Below are positions 30,686-39,229 of a stretch of DNA of 64,000 bases, in pieces. Source of the stretch: Candidatus Chisholmbacteria bacterium (lineage in GTDB: Bacteria; Patescibacteriota; Microgenomatia; UBA1400; Chisholmbacteraceae); NCBI GenBank assembly GCA_963704905.1, contig CAVPHZ010000001.1:259438-323437 (forward strand). Reading direction: 5' to 3'. Both the position numbers and the translations under genes were made by a program. Under the pieces are notes generated by a model. The model was not told the origin of the DNA. It saw only the letters and a list, made by a program, of their open reading frames with translations, and did no database searches. The first letter of the stretch is position 1. Each line of letters opens with the position of its first letter.

Positions 30686-31135
30686 CTAACTATTCTTGAG
30701 TATCAAGCGATTAATATTAAGCACTCCTTTTCTTGTCAAAGACAAAATCTTTATCCTTGGGAAACGAACTGACAATCTAGTGAAAATTACTATTATGGGT
30801 GTGAGCGCTACTGTGGACAACTTTTTTTCGTAATGCTTCCACTTTCCGTCTATCTTGATGCTTGTCACTTTTCCCTCAATTATCTTTATTTTATTTCTCT
30901 GATCAAAGTGTCTATTCGCATCCGCTACTGTTTTGATACCACCATTAGTGGTCTTGATTACCCTATGAACTAGTGGGATTTCTGTTCCGTTACTTCTTAT
31001 ATAGGTAACTCCGATAATATCTCCAACTTTTATTTTCTCTTTTATAGCTCTATTTAATAACAACAGTTCGCCTTTGCGGATTGTTGGCTCCATACTTCTA
31101 CTGTTGATTCTTACTAGATTTATAAATTTTTCCAT
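30686..31135 (-). CDS. S24/S26 family peptidase without N-terminal membrane anchor
   Basis: SRSMEPTIRKGELLL (catalytic Ser box) and PLVHRVIK (Ser-His type); TVADANRHFD. Confidence 0.82.
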   Translation of the reverse strand: MEKFINLVRINSRSMEPTIRKGELLLLNRAIKEKIKVGDIIGVTYIRSNGTEIPLVHRVIKTTNGGIKTVADANRHFDQRNKIKIIEGKVTSIKIDGKWKHYEKKLSTVALTPIIVIFTRLSVRFPRIKILSLTRKGVLNINRLILKNS

Positions 31136-31272
31136 ATTTCTTATTGTGTTATTTGCTCTTTTTCACGATAATCCTAATGTTCCTTATCACGTAATTTTAC
31201 CCTACTAACATTAATCGATTTGCTCATTCTCCTTTTCGCAAATTAATTGGTAGAATAATCTTCTAATACATC

Positions 31273-31899
31273 ATGAATTTTTCAAAAGGGTCAACTATTG
31301 TTGCTTTCGGAGCTCATCCAGATGATATCGAAGTTGGAATGGGTGGAACATTAGCCTATCTCTCAAGTTCATTTAAGGTTTTTCCGGTGATTGCCACTGT
31401 GCCAAATAATAAACGAACCAGAGTGAATGAAGCTAAAAACGCAGCAGCACTTCTAGGTATTCGGCAACCGATTTTTTTGAACATTTCAAAGAATGATTTC
31501 CTTTTTACACGTAAAGTAGTAACCCTTATAGACAAATTGGTTGATAAACTTGATCCAGATTATGTTTTCACTCACTGGATTGGTGATTCCCACCAAGACC
31601 ATCAAAACCTAACTAAGGTTGTAATTTCAGTTTGCAGGAAAAATCGATCTTCCCTTTTTATGTATGAAAGCATGATCCCTGGTGGGATAACGGATAAGGC
31701 TTTTCGAGCGCAGCTTTATGTTGATATTTCTGCTCATTTTAAAAAGAAAATATCCTCAATCAGAGCGAGTAAAACGCAACTCTCAAAACATGGTGCGTCT
31801 TGGCTAAAAGGAATAGAAGGAAGGTCGAGGTTGCGAGGATTTGAAATTGGAACTAAATACGCAGAAGCGTTTGAGGTGATAAAAATCGTACATAAATAG
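31273..31899 (+). CDS. PIG-L/LmbE family deacetylase
   Basis: GAHPDDIEVGMGG, DSHQDH, YAEAF. Confidence 0.9.
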   Translation: MNFSKGSTIVAFGAHPDDIEVGMGGTLAYLSSSFKVFPVIATVPNNKRTRVNEAKNAAALLGIRQPIFLNISKNDFLFTRKVVTLIDKLVDKLDPDYVFTHWIGDSHQDHQNLTKVVISVCRKNRSSLFMYESMIPGGITDKAFRAQLYVDISAHFKKKISSIRASKTQLSKHGASWLKGIEGRSRLRGFEIGTKYAEAFEVIKIVHK

Positions 31900-32073
31900 T
31901 CATGAGATAACTTCTTTTTTTGACTTTTTATTTACTGAGCCGGTTTAACACCTCAAATACTAAATCAACACTATACATTTTTCTGCATTTCTTGCTAAGC
32001 TTTTGAGATTTCCTCCAAAGATAATTCCAATATTATTCCAGAAGTATATTCACTGCCATTAGTTATATTGCTC

Positions 32074-33324
32074 TTAATAAAATGTGGTAATTCCGTACTT
32101 CTTCAGTTCTTTTGAGGCGTTGTTTATTCTTCTTTTTACAACTTTCTTTGGGACTTTCGGTTCCAGTGTCGTTGATCTTGCTTCAGGTCTTTCACTATAC
32201 TCGAAGAGTGTCACCTGTTGAAATCCAATTTTTTTTATCGTATTTATCGTTTTTTGAAAATCTTTTTCAGTTTCTGTAGGAAAACCGACAATTACCTGCG
32301 TATCGATCCGTAATTCTGGATATTCCTTTTTTAATTCGAGCATTGCTATTTCTATTTCTTCAATTTTTCCCCTTCTTAGCATAAGTTTTAGTACTCTGTT
32401 GCTCCCAGATTGGATCGGACATAGAATCCTAGTAATTTTTTTTGTCTTTATAATTTTTTTCAGCTCTTCACGATAGTTGATCAACCATTCAGGATCTAGT
32501 TCTGAAATTGAAATGTTGTATTTTCCTTTATGTTTCACGATCTCTTCTAAGAGTCCTGGAAAGGTTTCTCCAATATCTAAACCATACAGTCCAACATTAT
32601 CAGATAATATATTGAATTCTTTATATCCTTCTGTGAGTCCTTCTTCGAATTCTCTTACACAGACATCTAAAGGTTTGCTTCTTAGTCTCCCGACGGCTTT
32701 CCATATGACACAATATGAACACCTTCTGCTGCATCCCCAACCAACTCTAATATGGTAAGTTCTTGCTGCAATAGAGTCAGGCCTGACATTATCAATACTC
32801 TCTAGTATTGATGGTGAAATATATGTAAGAAGGTGAACACTTTTATTTTTTAGACCATGAAAGGTGTATTTCATTGCTTTATAAAACACACTTCTGTTGT
32901 CACTATCGTTATTAACGTGAGGGAAATTGCTTTTGATATCACCTCGTTTTCTCTTGAATGTTTGATTAGCATCTCGCAGTGTAGAGAATTTAATCTTCAA
33001 GTGTGGATTTATGTTGTCAAATTTTTCAAGATTATCAGTTGCCAGCGCTTCTCCTTGGTGTATCTCTTTTAAACGCCTTGGGTTGATGTTAACAAGACAC
33101 CCAGTTACAATTAATTTTCCTTTATGTTTCTGGAGTGCACGGATTCTTTCTATCGACTTTTCTTCGTCTCTTCCTCTAAACGCACATGTATTTAAGATCA
33201 TTGTATTTGCTAAAGCAGGATGCCCGATCCAGTAATAGCCATTACTCGTAAAATAGCTTTTCATTTTTTGGGTGTCCAATAACCTTCTAGGACATCCTAA
33301 TGATTCGATATACACTGTCTTCAT
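32074..33324 (-). CDS. MiaB-like radical SAM methylthiotransferase-family protein lacking TRAM domain
   Basis: UPF0004 cysteines SLGC / LNTC / VTGC; CSRRCSYC; PIQSGS; IVGFPTET; ends without TRAM. Confidence 0.85.
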   Translation of the reverse strand: MKTVYIESLGCPRRLLDTQKMKSYFTSNGYYWIGHPALANTMILNTCAFRGRDEEKSIERIRALQKHKGKLIVTGCLVNINPRRLKEIHQGEALATDNLEKFDNINPHLKIKFSTLRDANQTFKRKRGDIKSNFPHVNNDSDNRSVFYKAMKYTFHGLKNKSVHLLTYISPSILESIDNVRPDSIAARTYHIRVGWGCSRRCSYCVIWKAVGRLRSKPLDVCVREFEEGLTEGYKEFNILSDNVGLYGLDIGETFPGLLEEIVKHKGKYNISISELDPEWLINYREELKKIIKTKKITRILCPIQSGSNRVLKLMLRRGKIEEIEIAMLELKKEYPELRIDTQVIVGFPTETEKDFQKTINTIKKIGFQQVTLFEYSERPEARSTTLEPKVPKKVVKRRINNASKELKKYGITTFY

Positions 33325-33369
33325 TTCACCTTACCTTTTTCAGAGTGCTTTTATATTATCTTCCCTTGA

Positions 33370-33483
33370 TCATTCATTACCCATTGAGCTGGTGATTCCG
33401 ATCGAGAGAATCCCATTATACGCATGCATCGGTAACAGTTTTTTAAGATTTATTTTGATGCTTTGTGTCTTAACTATTTTCAT
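33370..33483 (-). CDS. Possible 37-aa small peptide upstream of the radical SAM gene
   Basis: MKIVKTQSIKINLKKLLPMHAYNGILSIGITSSMGNE*; fills the gap co-directionally; no clear SD. Confidence 0.3.
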   Translation of the reverse strand: MKIVKTQSIKINLKKLLPMHAYNGILSIGITSSMGNE

Positions 33484-33531
33484 TTCGATTGGTCTGTTTG
33501 AACTCTGGTAGTTACTATTCTAATCATTAAT

Positions 33532-34071
33532 TTACAATTTTAGCTCCTTTATTTCTAGGTTGTCCCATTTCTCTTTGCGTAACTGATTTTCAAAATGCGA
33601 GAATCTATAATTCTTACCATATCTTTTCACTCCTATTGTATGACGAAAGAATGTCATATGACCAACTACAGTGACTGAGTGGTATCTTTCACTTCTCATG
33701 TACGTGAGGAATCTGCACGCTCTCTCTTTTATCTCGTTGAAGCTCTCACTGCTGTCATACTTCCAATCTGGATTTTGTCTTATTTGCTGGATATGTTCTT
33801 TCCAAAAGTTACGAACAACGTCTAGTGGTTGAGCGTATAATACTTTTGGAGCAACGTATTCATAAATGAAATCAAGTATTTCGTATTCTTGAAAGAGCAT
33901 CTCAGCTGTTTGCCTTGCCCTTATTAGAGGTGATGTGTATACCTTCTCTGGTTTTAGACCTGATGCTGTGTTAAACAAATTTCCTGAAGTTACAATGGGG
34001 GTATCCTCTCTTGGGTATAATCCTTGTAAAGCATCAATAGTCTTTGCGTGCCTTAATAAGACTAGTTTCAT
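33532..34071 (-). CDS. Histidine phosphatase (phosphoglycerate mutase superfamily)
   Basis: LLRHAKT, YTSPLIRARQTA, ESF, VVGH. Confidence 0.9.
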   Translation of the reverse strand: MKLVLLRHAKTIDALQGLYPREDTPIVTSGNLFNTASGLKPEKVYTSPLIRARQTAEMLFQEYEILDFIYEYVAPKVLYAQPLDVVRNFWKEHIQQIRQNPDWKYDSSESFNEIKERACRFLTYMRSERYHSVTVVGHMTFFRHTIGVKRYGKNYRFSHFENQLRKEKWDNLEIKELKL

Positions 34072-34304
34072 TTATTCTGTGAATTAATAATGATTGGCGC
34101 GAGTATTTTAGCAATTCTCTTGAGTTAGTATTAGATAAACTACTTTATGAATATATTGTTAGGTTCTACAATTATTAGTATAGTTCATTTAGCACGTTTC
34201 GGGCGATAATATGATTTCTAACGTAACAGCGCAGGCTCATTGTCGAGAATACCAAGTTCGTTGCAACTTTATTCAATGTCTGGAGGTAGTACCTTAATTT
34301 TCTG

Positions 34305-35249
34305 ATGGTTGAAAAAGATGTTTCAATACTCATTTCCGGCGCAGGTGCGGCTGCTGGAATCGGTGCTATTAAGTCACTTCGTCTGGCAAATTTTAGTGGG
34401 AAAATTACGGCAATAGATAGTTCAGATTACTCTGCAGGTTTCTATCTTGCTGATAGGAACTATGTTGTTCCGCGAGCAAGAAATCCTAAGTATATTGGAA
34501 GACTGTTTGAGATTGTTGAAGAAGAGCGTATCAATCTCATTATCCCGACATCCGGTTTTGATATTTTTCCTATATCAAAACATGCGTCTGAGTTGAATAA
34601 AAAAGGCGTCGTTGTTTTTATGAGTGACTATTCAACCATGTTGTTGTGTTCTGATAAATATCAAGCGGCAATGAAGGTGTCCGCTTTTTCACCAATACCA
34701 AAGCACTACAAAACTATTCGACAAGTGAAGGAATATCCAGTTTTTATTAAACCACTTAAAGGTAAGGGTTCAATAAATTGCTATGTTTGCAAGAGTAGAA
34801 GAGAAGTTGAGGCTTATCAGCGTTTGGTTGGTGATAACTTCATTATTCAAGAGCATCTTCCTGGCAAGGAATACACTGTTGATCTATTGTCCGATTTCAA
34901 TAGAAAGGTTGTTGTGGCAGTTCCGAGACTAAGGATAAGAACTGAATCTGGGATATCTACAACAGGTAAAGTTCTATTGGATCCGAATTTGAGTAGCCTA
35001 GCGAAAAAAATATGTCATTTCATTGGCATCATTGGGCCTGCTTGCATCCAATTTAAAGAAGATCGACGTCGACAGGTGAAGTTTACTGAAATTAATCCAC
35101 GTTTGGGAGGGGGATCGATAATTTCCACTATCGCGGGGGTTAATATTCCTCGACTCCTCATAGATCTTTTCTTAAATAGATCGTTTCCAACTCCAAAGTT
35201 TCAAGAAGTACTCGTTACGAGGTATCTCGAGGAAAAATCACTCAACTAA
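34305..35249 (+). CDS. ATP-grasp protein (PylC/carbamoyl-phosphate synthase-like)
   Basis: ISGAG, FIKPLKGKGS, IIQEHLPGKEYTVD, EINPRLGGG. Confidence 0.88.
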   Translation: MVEKDVSILISGAGAAAGIGAIKSLRLANFSGKITAIDSSDYSAGFYLADRNYVVPRARNPKYIGRLFEIVEEERINLIIPTSGFDIFPISKHASELNKKGVVVFMSDYSTMLLCSDKYQAAMKVSAFSPIPKHYKTIRQVKEYPVFIKPLKGKGSINCYVCKSRREVEAYQRLVGDNFIIQEHLPGKEYTVDLLSDFNRKVVVAVPRLRIRTESGISTTGKVLLDPNLSSLAKKICHFIGIIGPACIQFKEDRRRQVKFTEINPRLGGGSIISTIAGVNIPRLLIDLFLNRSFPTPKFQEVLVTRYLEEKSLN

Positions 35250-36279
35250 TGCTTTTATAATTCTTCCACAATTTTTTTAAGACGTTATCTGTGTATTTTT
35301 CTCGTATTGCTTTCCGTGAAGTATGAAATTGTAAGTTTTCCAATTCGTTTACTTCTTTCGTGCTTATTTCCAAATACCTACACGCTCGTCTTATTGCAGA
35401 GGAGACGATCGTCTTGTCTTCTATTTTTTTTCTAAAATATACTGCATCTAAGATAAACATTAATAGTCTACGCGAAAAGTACTCTTGACGAAGATTAATC
35501 AATCGATTCTGATCACTGCGAAGTTGTTTCATTAATTGAGCTTGAGATTTTTTTTCAAATATTTCATCTCGAATAGCTCTGTGCCTTTCTCCCGCAATGC
35601 TCCCAAGTGGGTCGATCCAAAATCGTCGATTCGATGATCTCATGTCTGGACTCGAGGTAGAGAATTTGTATCCTAAGTAGAAACAATGACGACTCCAGAA
35701 AATTGAAGATTCTTGTGGAAGAGGAATTTGCTCAGTAGAGAATGCGAGATTGTTGAACTTGGCGCTCACTACTCCAAAATACCCTCCAAAAAAGAATGGT
35801 CCAAATAGTTTGTTTTCGATGTTTTCTTGCCAACTAATTAATTTCATCAAGTCTGGTAAAAACACTTGTCTTTGCAACCTGACTAAGGGAAGGTATCTTA
35901 CCCTTCCTCTTAAAACGTCGGCGTTGGGGTTTTTGACAAAGTCTTTTCGTATGTTGATATAAAAATCTCTCAAGGGCCAATTGTCAGCGTCGGTACTTAA
36001 TAAATGAGTGGCTCGCTGTGAGGCGTGTTTTAATCCTTTATGTTTTGCGTACAGAGCGCCTTCTCTCTTCTCGTATATTACATCCAAGTTTATTTGTTTG
36101 TTCCATTTGTGCCAGGATTTTATCTTCCGCACCGTCGCATCCGTGCTATTGTTATCAACAATAACAAAGAGTATCTTCTGATCTTCTTGAGTGGTGAACT
36201 TCTCAAGTGCAGATACTATGTATCTTTCCTCATTATGTGTGGGGATTACCACCGCAATATCGAAATCCATGGCACTCAT
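35242..36279 (-). CDS. GT2 glycosyltransferase (paralog B) with extended C-terminus
   Basis: VVIPTHNEE, VDNNSTD, STDAD; last gene of the peptide operon. Confidence 0.85.
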   Translation of the reverse strand: MSAMDFDIAVVIPTHNEERYIVSALEKFTTQEDQKILFVIVDNNSTDATVRKIKSWHKWNKQINLDVIYEKREGALYAKHKGLKHASQRATHLLSTDADNWPLRDFYINIRKDFVKNPNADVLRGRVRYLPLVRLQRQVFLPDLMKLISWQENIENKLFGPFFFGGYFGVVSAKFNNLAFSTEQIPLPQESSIFWSRHCFYLGYKFSTSSPDMRSSNRRFWIDPLGSIAGERHRAIRDEIFEKKSQAQLMKQLRSDQNRLINLRQEYFSRRLLMFILDAVYFRKKIEDKTIVSSAIRRACRYLEISTKEVNELENLQFHTSRKAIREKYTDNVLKKLWKNYKSIS

Positions 36280-36291
36280 CCAGAATCTACT

Positions 36292-36555
36292 TTACTCAAT
36301 CAATAGTTTTTTTCTTCTTAGCTTGTTCAACAACTTCTCAACGTCAGCTTTTGCGGATAGATGGCTGACGTCATATTCTACTTTCAGTTTATTTATTATT
36401 TCGTCTTGAGATCTTGCCTTTGCTAAGAACTTCCAAATCAGAGTAGCAGATTCGTTAAGGCTGATAATTTCATCCTTTTCTTCGTCGAGGATGTGCATTT
36501 CTCCGTCCACTTCTTGGCAAATTATTTTCTTTTTTCTTTGATATTTTTTAGCCAT
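36292..36555 (-). CDS. Stand-alone PqqD family protein / RiPP recognition element (RRE)
   Basis: 87 aa; EVDGEMHIL...SLNESATLIWKFL...EIINKLKVEYDV...ADVEKLLNKLRRKKLL. Confidence 0.92.
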   Translation of the reverse strand: MAKKYQRKKKIICQEVDGEMHILDEEKDEIISLNESATLIWKFLAKARSQDEIINKLKVEYDVSHLSAKADVEKLLNKLRRKKLLIE

Positions 36556-37384
36556 CTTCGGTAATTTTCTTTATCAATATAGGAATAAAGTCTGAATCTG
36601 GGCGTAATTTTATTTGATATATGTCTACGTTGTCAATAAAACTGAAAATAAGCTTCCCGAACTCTTTGATTTCCTTTTGACTGAATAATGTATTTGGCAT
36701 AAACGGAATGTGAGAGTTCATTCTTATCAATGACAATTTATCTGAAAAACTCAGATTATTAATTTTATGCCTTTCTCCATGCGATGGAGAAAATACAGCT
36801 TTAACGATATACGGTGAATTATTATGAATATGTTGTTTAAAGATATCAAATCTGTTTGTTTCTAAAAAAGGAGAGGGATAGATAACAAATTCATTATTTT
36901 TTTTAAAAATAAACGCTGAGTTGTCCGAGAGTATCACTGATCCTGGTATTCGTTTCTTGATTAAATCTACTATTGTTGATTTTCCGCTTCCAGATTTTCC
37001 AGAAAAAATTATTGCTTTTTTTTCAATAAGAATCGATGATGCGTGAAGCACGAATCCGCCTGACTTGTGAAGAATGATATTAAAAATTCTTGCAATGAAT
37101 TGATGGACTGCGGGGTATAAAAAAATTGGTGCTTTTGAAGCGTGGATTGTGAATAAGTTGGATTTTGGATTTTGAAAAAAAGTGAGCGATATGTTTCTTT
37201 CACTGCTGTCTTTTATTTTTAATCTTGTGTGAATTAACCCTTTCTTGCTCTTGAGTTTGCACGAAATAAATTGACAGTTTTCATATAATTTTGTGAAATA
37301 TTTTATCCAATCAGACGCTGCTATAAGTTCGCACTCCATGTTTGCGTACTGTATGAATACTTGTTCATGCTTGCTACTTTTCAT
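36548..37384 (-). CDS. HprK-related P-loop kinase (lasso/RRE-cluster type)
   Basis: GGFVLHASSIL...FSGKSGSGKST...ILSDN; overlaps RRE start by 8 nt. Confidence 0.82.
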   Translation of the reverse strand: MKSSKHEQVFIQYANMECELIAASDWIKYFTKLYENCQFISCKLKSKKGLIHTRLKIKDSSERNISLTFFQNPKSNLFTIHASKAPIFLYPAVHQFIARIFNIILHKSGGFVLHASSILIEKKAIIFSGKSGSGKSTIVDLIKKRIPGSVILSDNSAFIFKKNNEFVIYPSPFLETNRFDIFKQHIHNNSPYIVKAVFSPSHGERHKINNLSFSDKLSLIRMNSHIPFMPNTLFSQKEIKEFGKLIFSFIDNVDIYQIKLRPDSDFIPILIKKITEDG

Positions 37385-38411
37385 CTAGATACCTGTTCAT
37401 TTTCACATTAATTTGTTTTAATACATCAGCTTCTAAGCGGTTGAATATTTTAGCTTGATTAACTATTCCATTTTCTTTCGTCAAGAGTTCCTCCGTATGG
37501 TTAATAAATCCCAGTGCCTTCTGCATTGCCCTTCTGGCGTTATGGTGGATTTGATTAGTTTGAACCCAGAAAACATAAGCATCGATCATTGACCAGAGAA
37601 ATCTCTTTGAAAATTTAGCCACTAGTTTTCCTTTCAACTTACTCGCTTCATTATCTGACATTCTTTTAAATTGTATTCCTTGATCGCTTACATCTTTGTC
37701 ATATGGTGAGCTCACATTTCCTATATATTCCGCAATTGTTCTCTCTTGGTAGAGTAGTATTCTTCTGTCGTGTGGCTTAACAGCGAGTTTTGAACGCAAA
37801 AATTTTCCGCCAAGATAATGGCATCTTCTGGAAAGTAAGATGTCTTCGCCCATATACTTTTCATGATTCTCGGGATTAAATAAAAGAATATTTCTATAGA
37901 ACTTGGTTCGGATTGCAAAGTGTGATCCAAAGAAATATGGTCCAAATATTGAGTATTCAAGATTCCATATTTTTCTTTGCATGTTTACAATCTCTGGAGC
38001 TGTAATTTTTTTCCACAACCTAATTCTTGGATTGATTGCTTTTCTGCCAGACAGAATATCTATACGCTCCTCCGCAAAAGAGTCGACAGTAGATTGGATT
38101 AGGTTTGATGGAAACGTTGTGTCGGCATCGGTGCTAATTAAAATGTCTGATGATGTTTTTGAAGCCTTATCTAAACCTGTCCTTCTGGAGTATACCGTCC
38201 CTTGTCGTCTTTCTTGAATGATGCTGTAGGTGATGCCAGATTTTCTGCAGAACTCTTCTATGATTTCTGGAGTCTTGTCTATGCAATTGTTATTTACAAA
38301 AATTACCTCCCACTTAATATTGGATGCTGTTTGTTGATTAGCGAGGCATATTAAGGTATTCGTTATGTAGTATTCTTCGTTGAAAAATGGAATAACTACT
38401 GCACAGTTCAT
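37374..38411 (-). CDS. GT2 glycosyltransferase (paralog A) with extended C-terminus
   Basis: VVIPFFNEE, STDAD, GEDILLSRR. Confidence 0.87.
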   Translation of the reverse strand: MNCAVVIPFFNEEYYITNTLICLANQQTASNIKWEVIFVNNNCIDKTPEIIEEFCRKSGITYSIIQERRQGTVYSRRTGLDKASKTSSDILISTDADTTFPSNLIQSTVDSFAEERIDILSGRKAINPRIRLWKKITAPEIVNMQRKIWNLEYSIFGPYFFGSHFAIRTKFYRNILLFNPENHEKYMGEDILLSRRCHYLGGKFLRSKLAVKPHDRRILLYQERTIAEYIGNVSSPYDKDVSDQGIQFKRMSDNEASKLKGKLVAKFSKRFLWSMIDAYVFWVQTNQIHHNARRAMQKALGFINHTEELLTKENGIVNQAKIFNRLEADVLKQINVKMNRYLDEK

Positions 38412-39076
38412 CTCTTGTTTTGCTTTGCGTACTGTCTGAAATCGATTAAGTCGATCCTTTTCCTCTTAATAGCATTTTTGACTTTATCACTGGTTAACAC
38501 CTCTACCTCTCTGTTTCTTTGCATGCGGTAGGGATCCTTCAATCGGTTACTTGTCCACCCGGGATGACAGATCAGCTCTGTACTACCTGGTTCTAATGAA
38601 TCCAAACAACTGATCAAGTGACTCGTGCTGATGTTCTCCGGTGTAGGTCTTCCGGAGATTAAACCATAGAACCTCGTCTCTATGTAATGATTGTTGTCAT
38701 AACGAAATTCAAGCTGTTGTTTCTTGACCAGCATACGTATTTTAAAATACATTTTTTTGGAAAATTTAAACCCTTTATGATAATCTAGATGCGTTGGTTT
38801 GAACTTAAAATACCTTTGAAAAACCCCTAGTTGTTCATTTGTCTTTGCTACGATACTTTCTGCTGTGATATTTTTATCTTCGACCTGTATGTGAATGCCC
38901 CAATTGATATCACTGTTTTGTTGAACTAACTTCTGAGTGTGTGAAAGATGGTTTCTATTTAAAAGAATGCTTGTTGAAGTAACAATTCCTTTTCTAATTG
39001 CATACAGTATTCCATGACTAATACCTGGACTAATGCCGAAGTCGTCGGCATTCACAATTAACTTTCTAGATTGCAT
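38408..39076 (-). CDS. YdjC/ChbG family carbohydrate deacetylase
   Basis: LIVNADDFG, GIVTSTS, PTHLDYH, ELICHPG, REVEVL. Confidence 0.9.
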   Translation of the reverse strand: MQSRKLIVNADDFGISPGISHGILYAIRKGIVTSTSILLNRNHLSHTQKLVQQNSDINWGIHIQVEDKNITAESIVAKTNEQLGVFQRYFKFKPTHLDYHKGFKFSKKMYFKIRMLVKKQQLEFRYDNNHYIETRFYGLISGRPTPENISTSHLISCLDSLEPGSTELICHPGWTSNRLKDPYRMQRNREVEVLTSDKVKNAIKRKRIDLIDFRQYAKQNKR

Positions 39077-39115
39077 TGGGAATATTTTACTTAAAAAAGC
39101 AACATTCTTGAATTG

Positions 39116-39226
39116 TTAGTGCTCTGCGTAGAAGCTTGAAATAAATTTCTCTGTTTTGAGCTCTGGTTTAACGTATTTTTTTCGGTTTGTCTTCTTCTCT
39201 TCTTGCTTGTTGATCTTTCTCATCAT
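39116..39226 (-). CDS. Putative RiPP precursor peptide with YxxPxL RRE-binding leader motif
   Basis: Manual translation: MMRKINKQEEKKTNRKKYVKPELKTEKFISSFYAEH*; SD-like GGAGGT and AAAGGGGGTG upstream; first gene of the PqqD operon; below ORF-track cutoff. Confidence 0.78.
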   Translation of the reverse strand: MMRKINKQEEKKTNRKKYVKPELKTEKFISSFYAEH

Positions 39227-39229
39227 TCA

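Noticed and set aside
31900-32073. Gap between converging PIG-L and radical SAM genes checked for further precursor peptides
   Set aside because: Only very short ORFs on the minus strand, with no YxxP motif or SD.
34211-34297. 28-aa Cys-containing ORF MISNVTAQAHCREYQVRCNFIQCLEVVP before the ATP-grasp gene
   Set aside because: No SD or leader motif, lies in a divergent promoter region and overlaps the GGAGGT upstream of the ATP-grasp gene; no graspetide-like repeats.
36292-36555. PQQ biosynthesis
   Set aside because: No pqqB/C/E and no ExxxY PqqA-like peptide; the radical SAM enzyme is MiaB-like, not SPASM.
29435-39226. Calling the cluster a classical lasso peptide BGC
   Set aside because: No asparagine-synthetase-like cyclase or transglutaminase-like protease in the window, and the core is too short to form a threaded ring.
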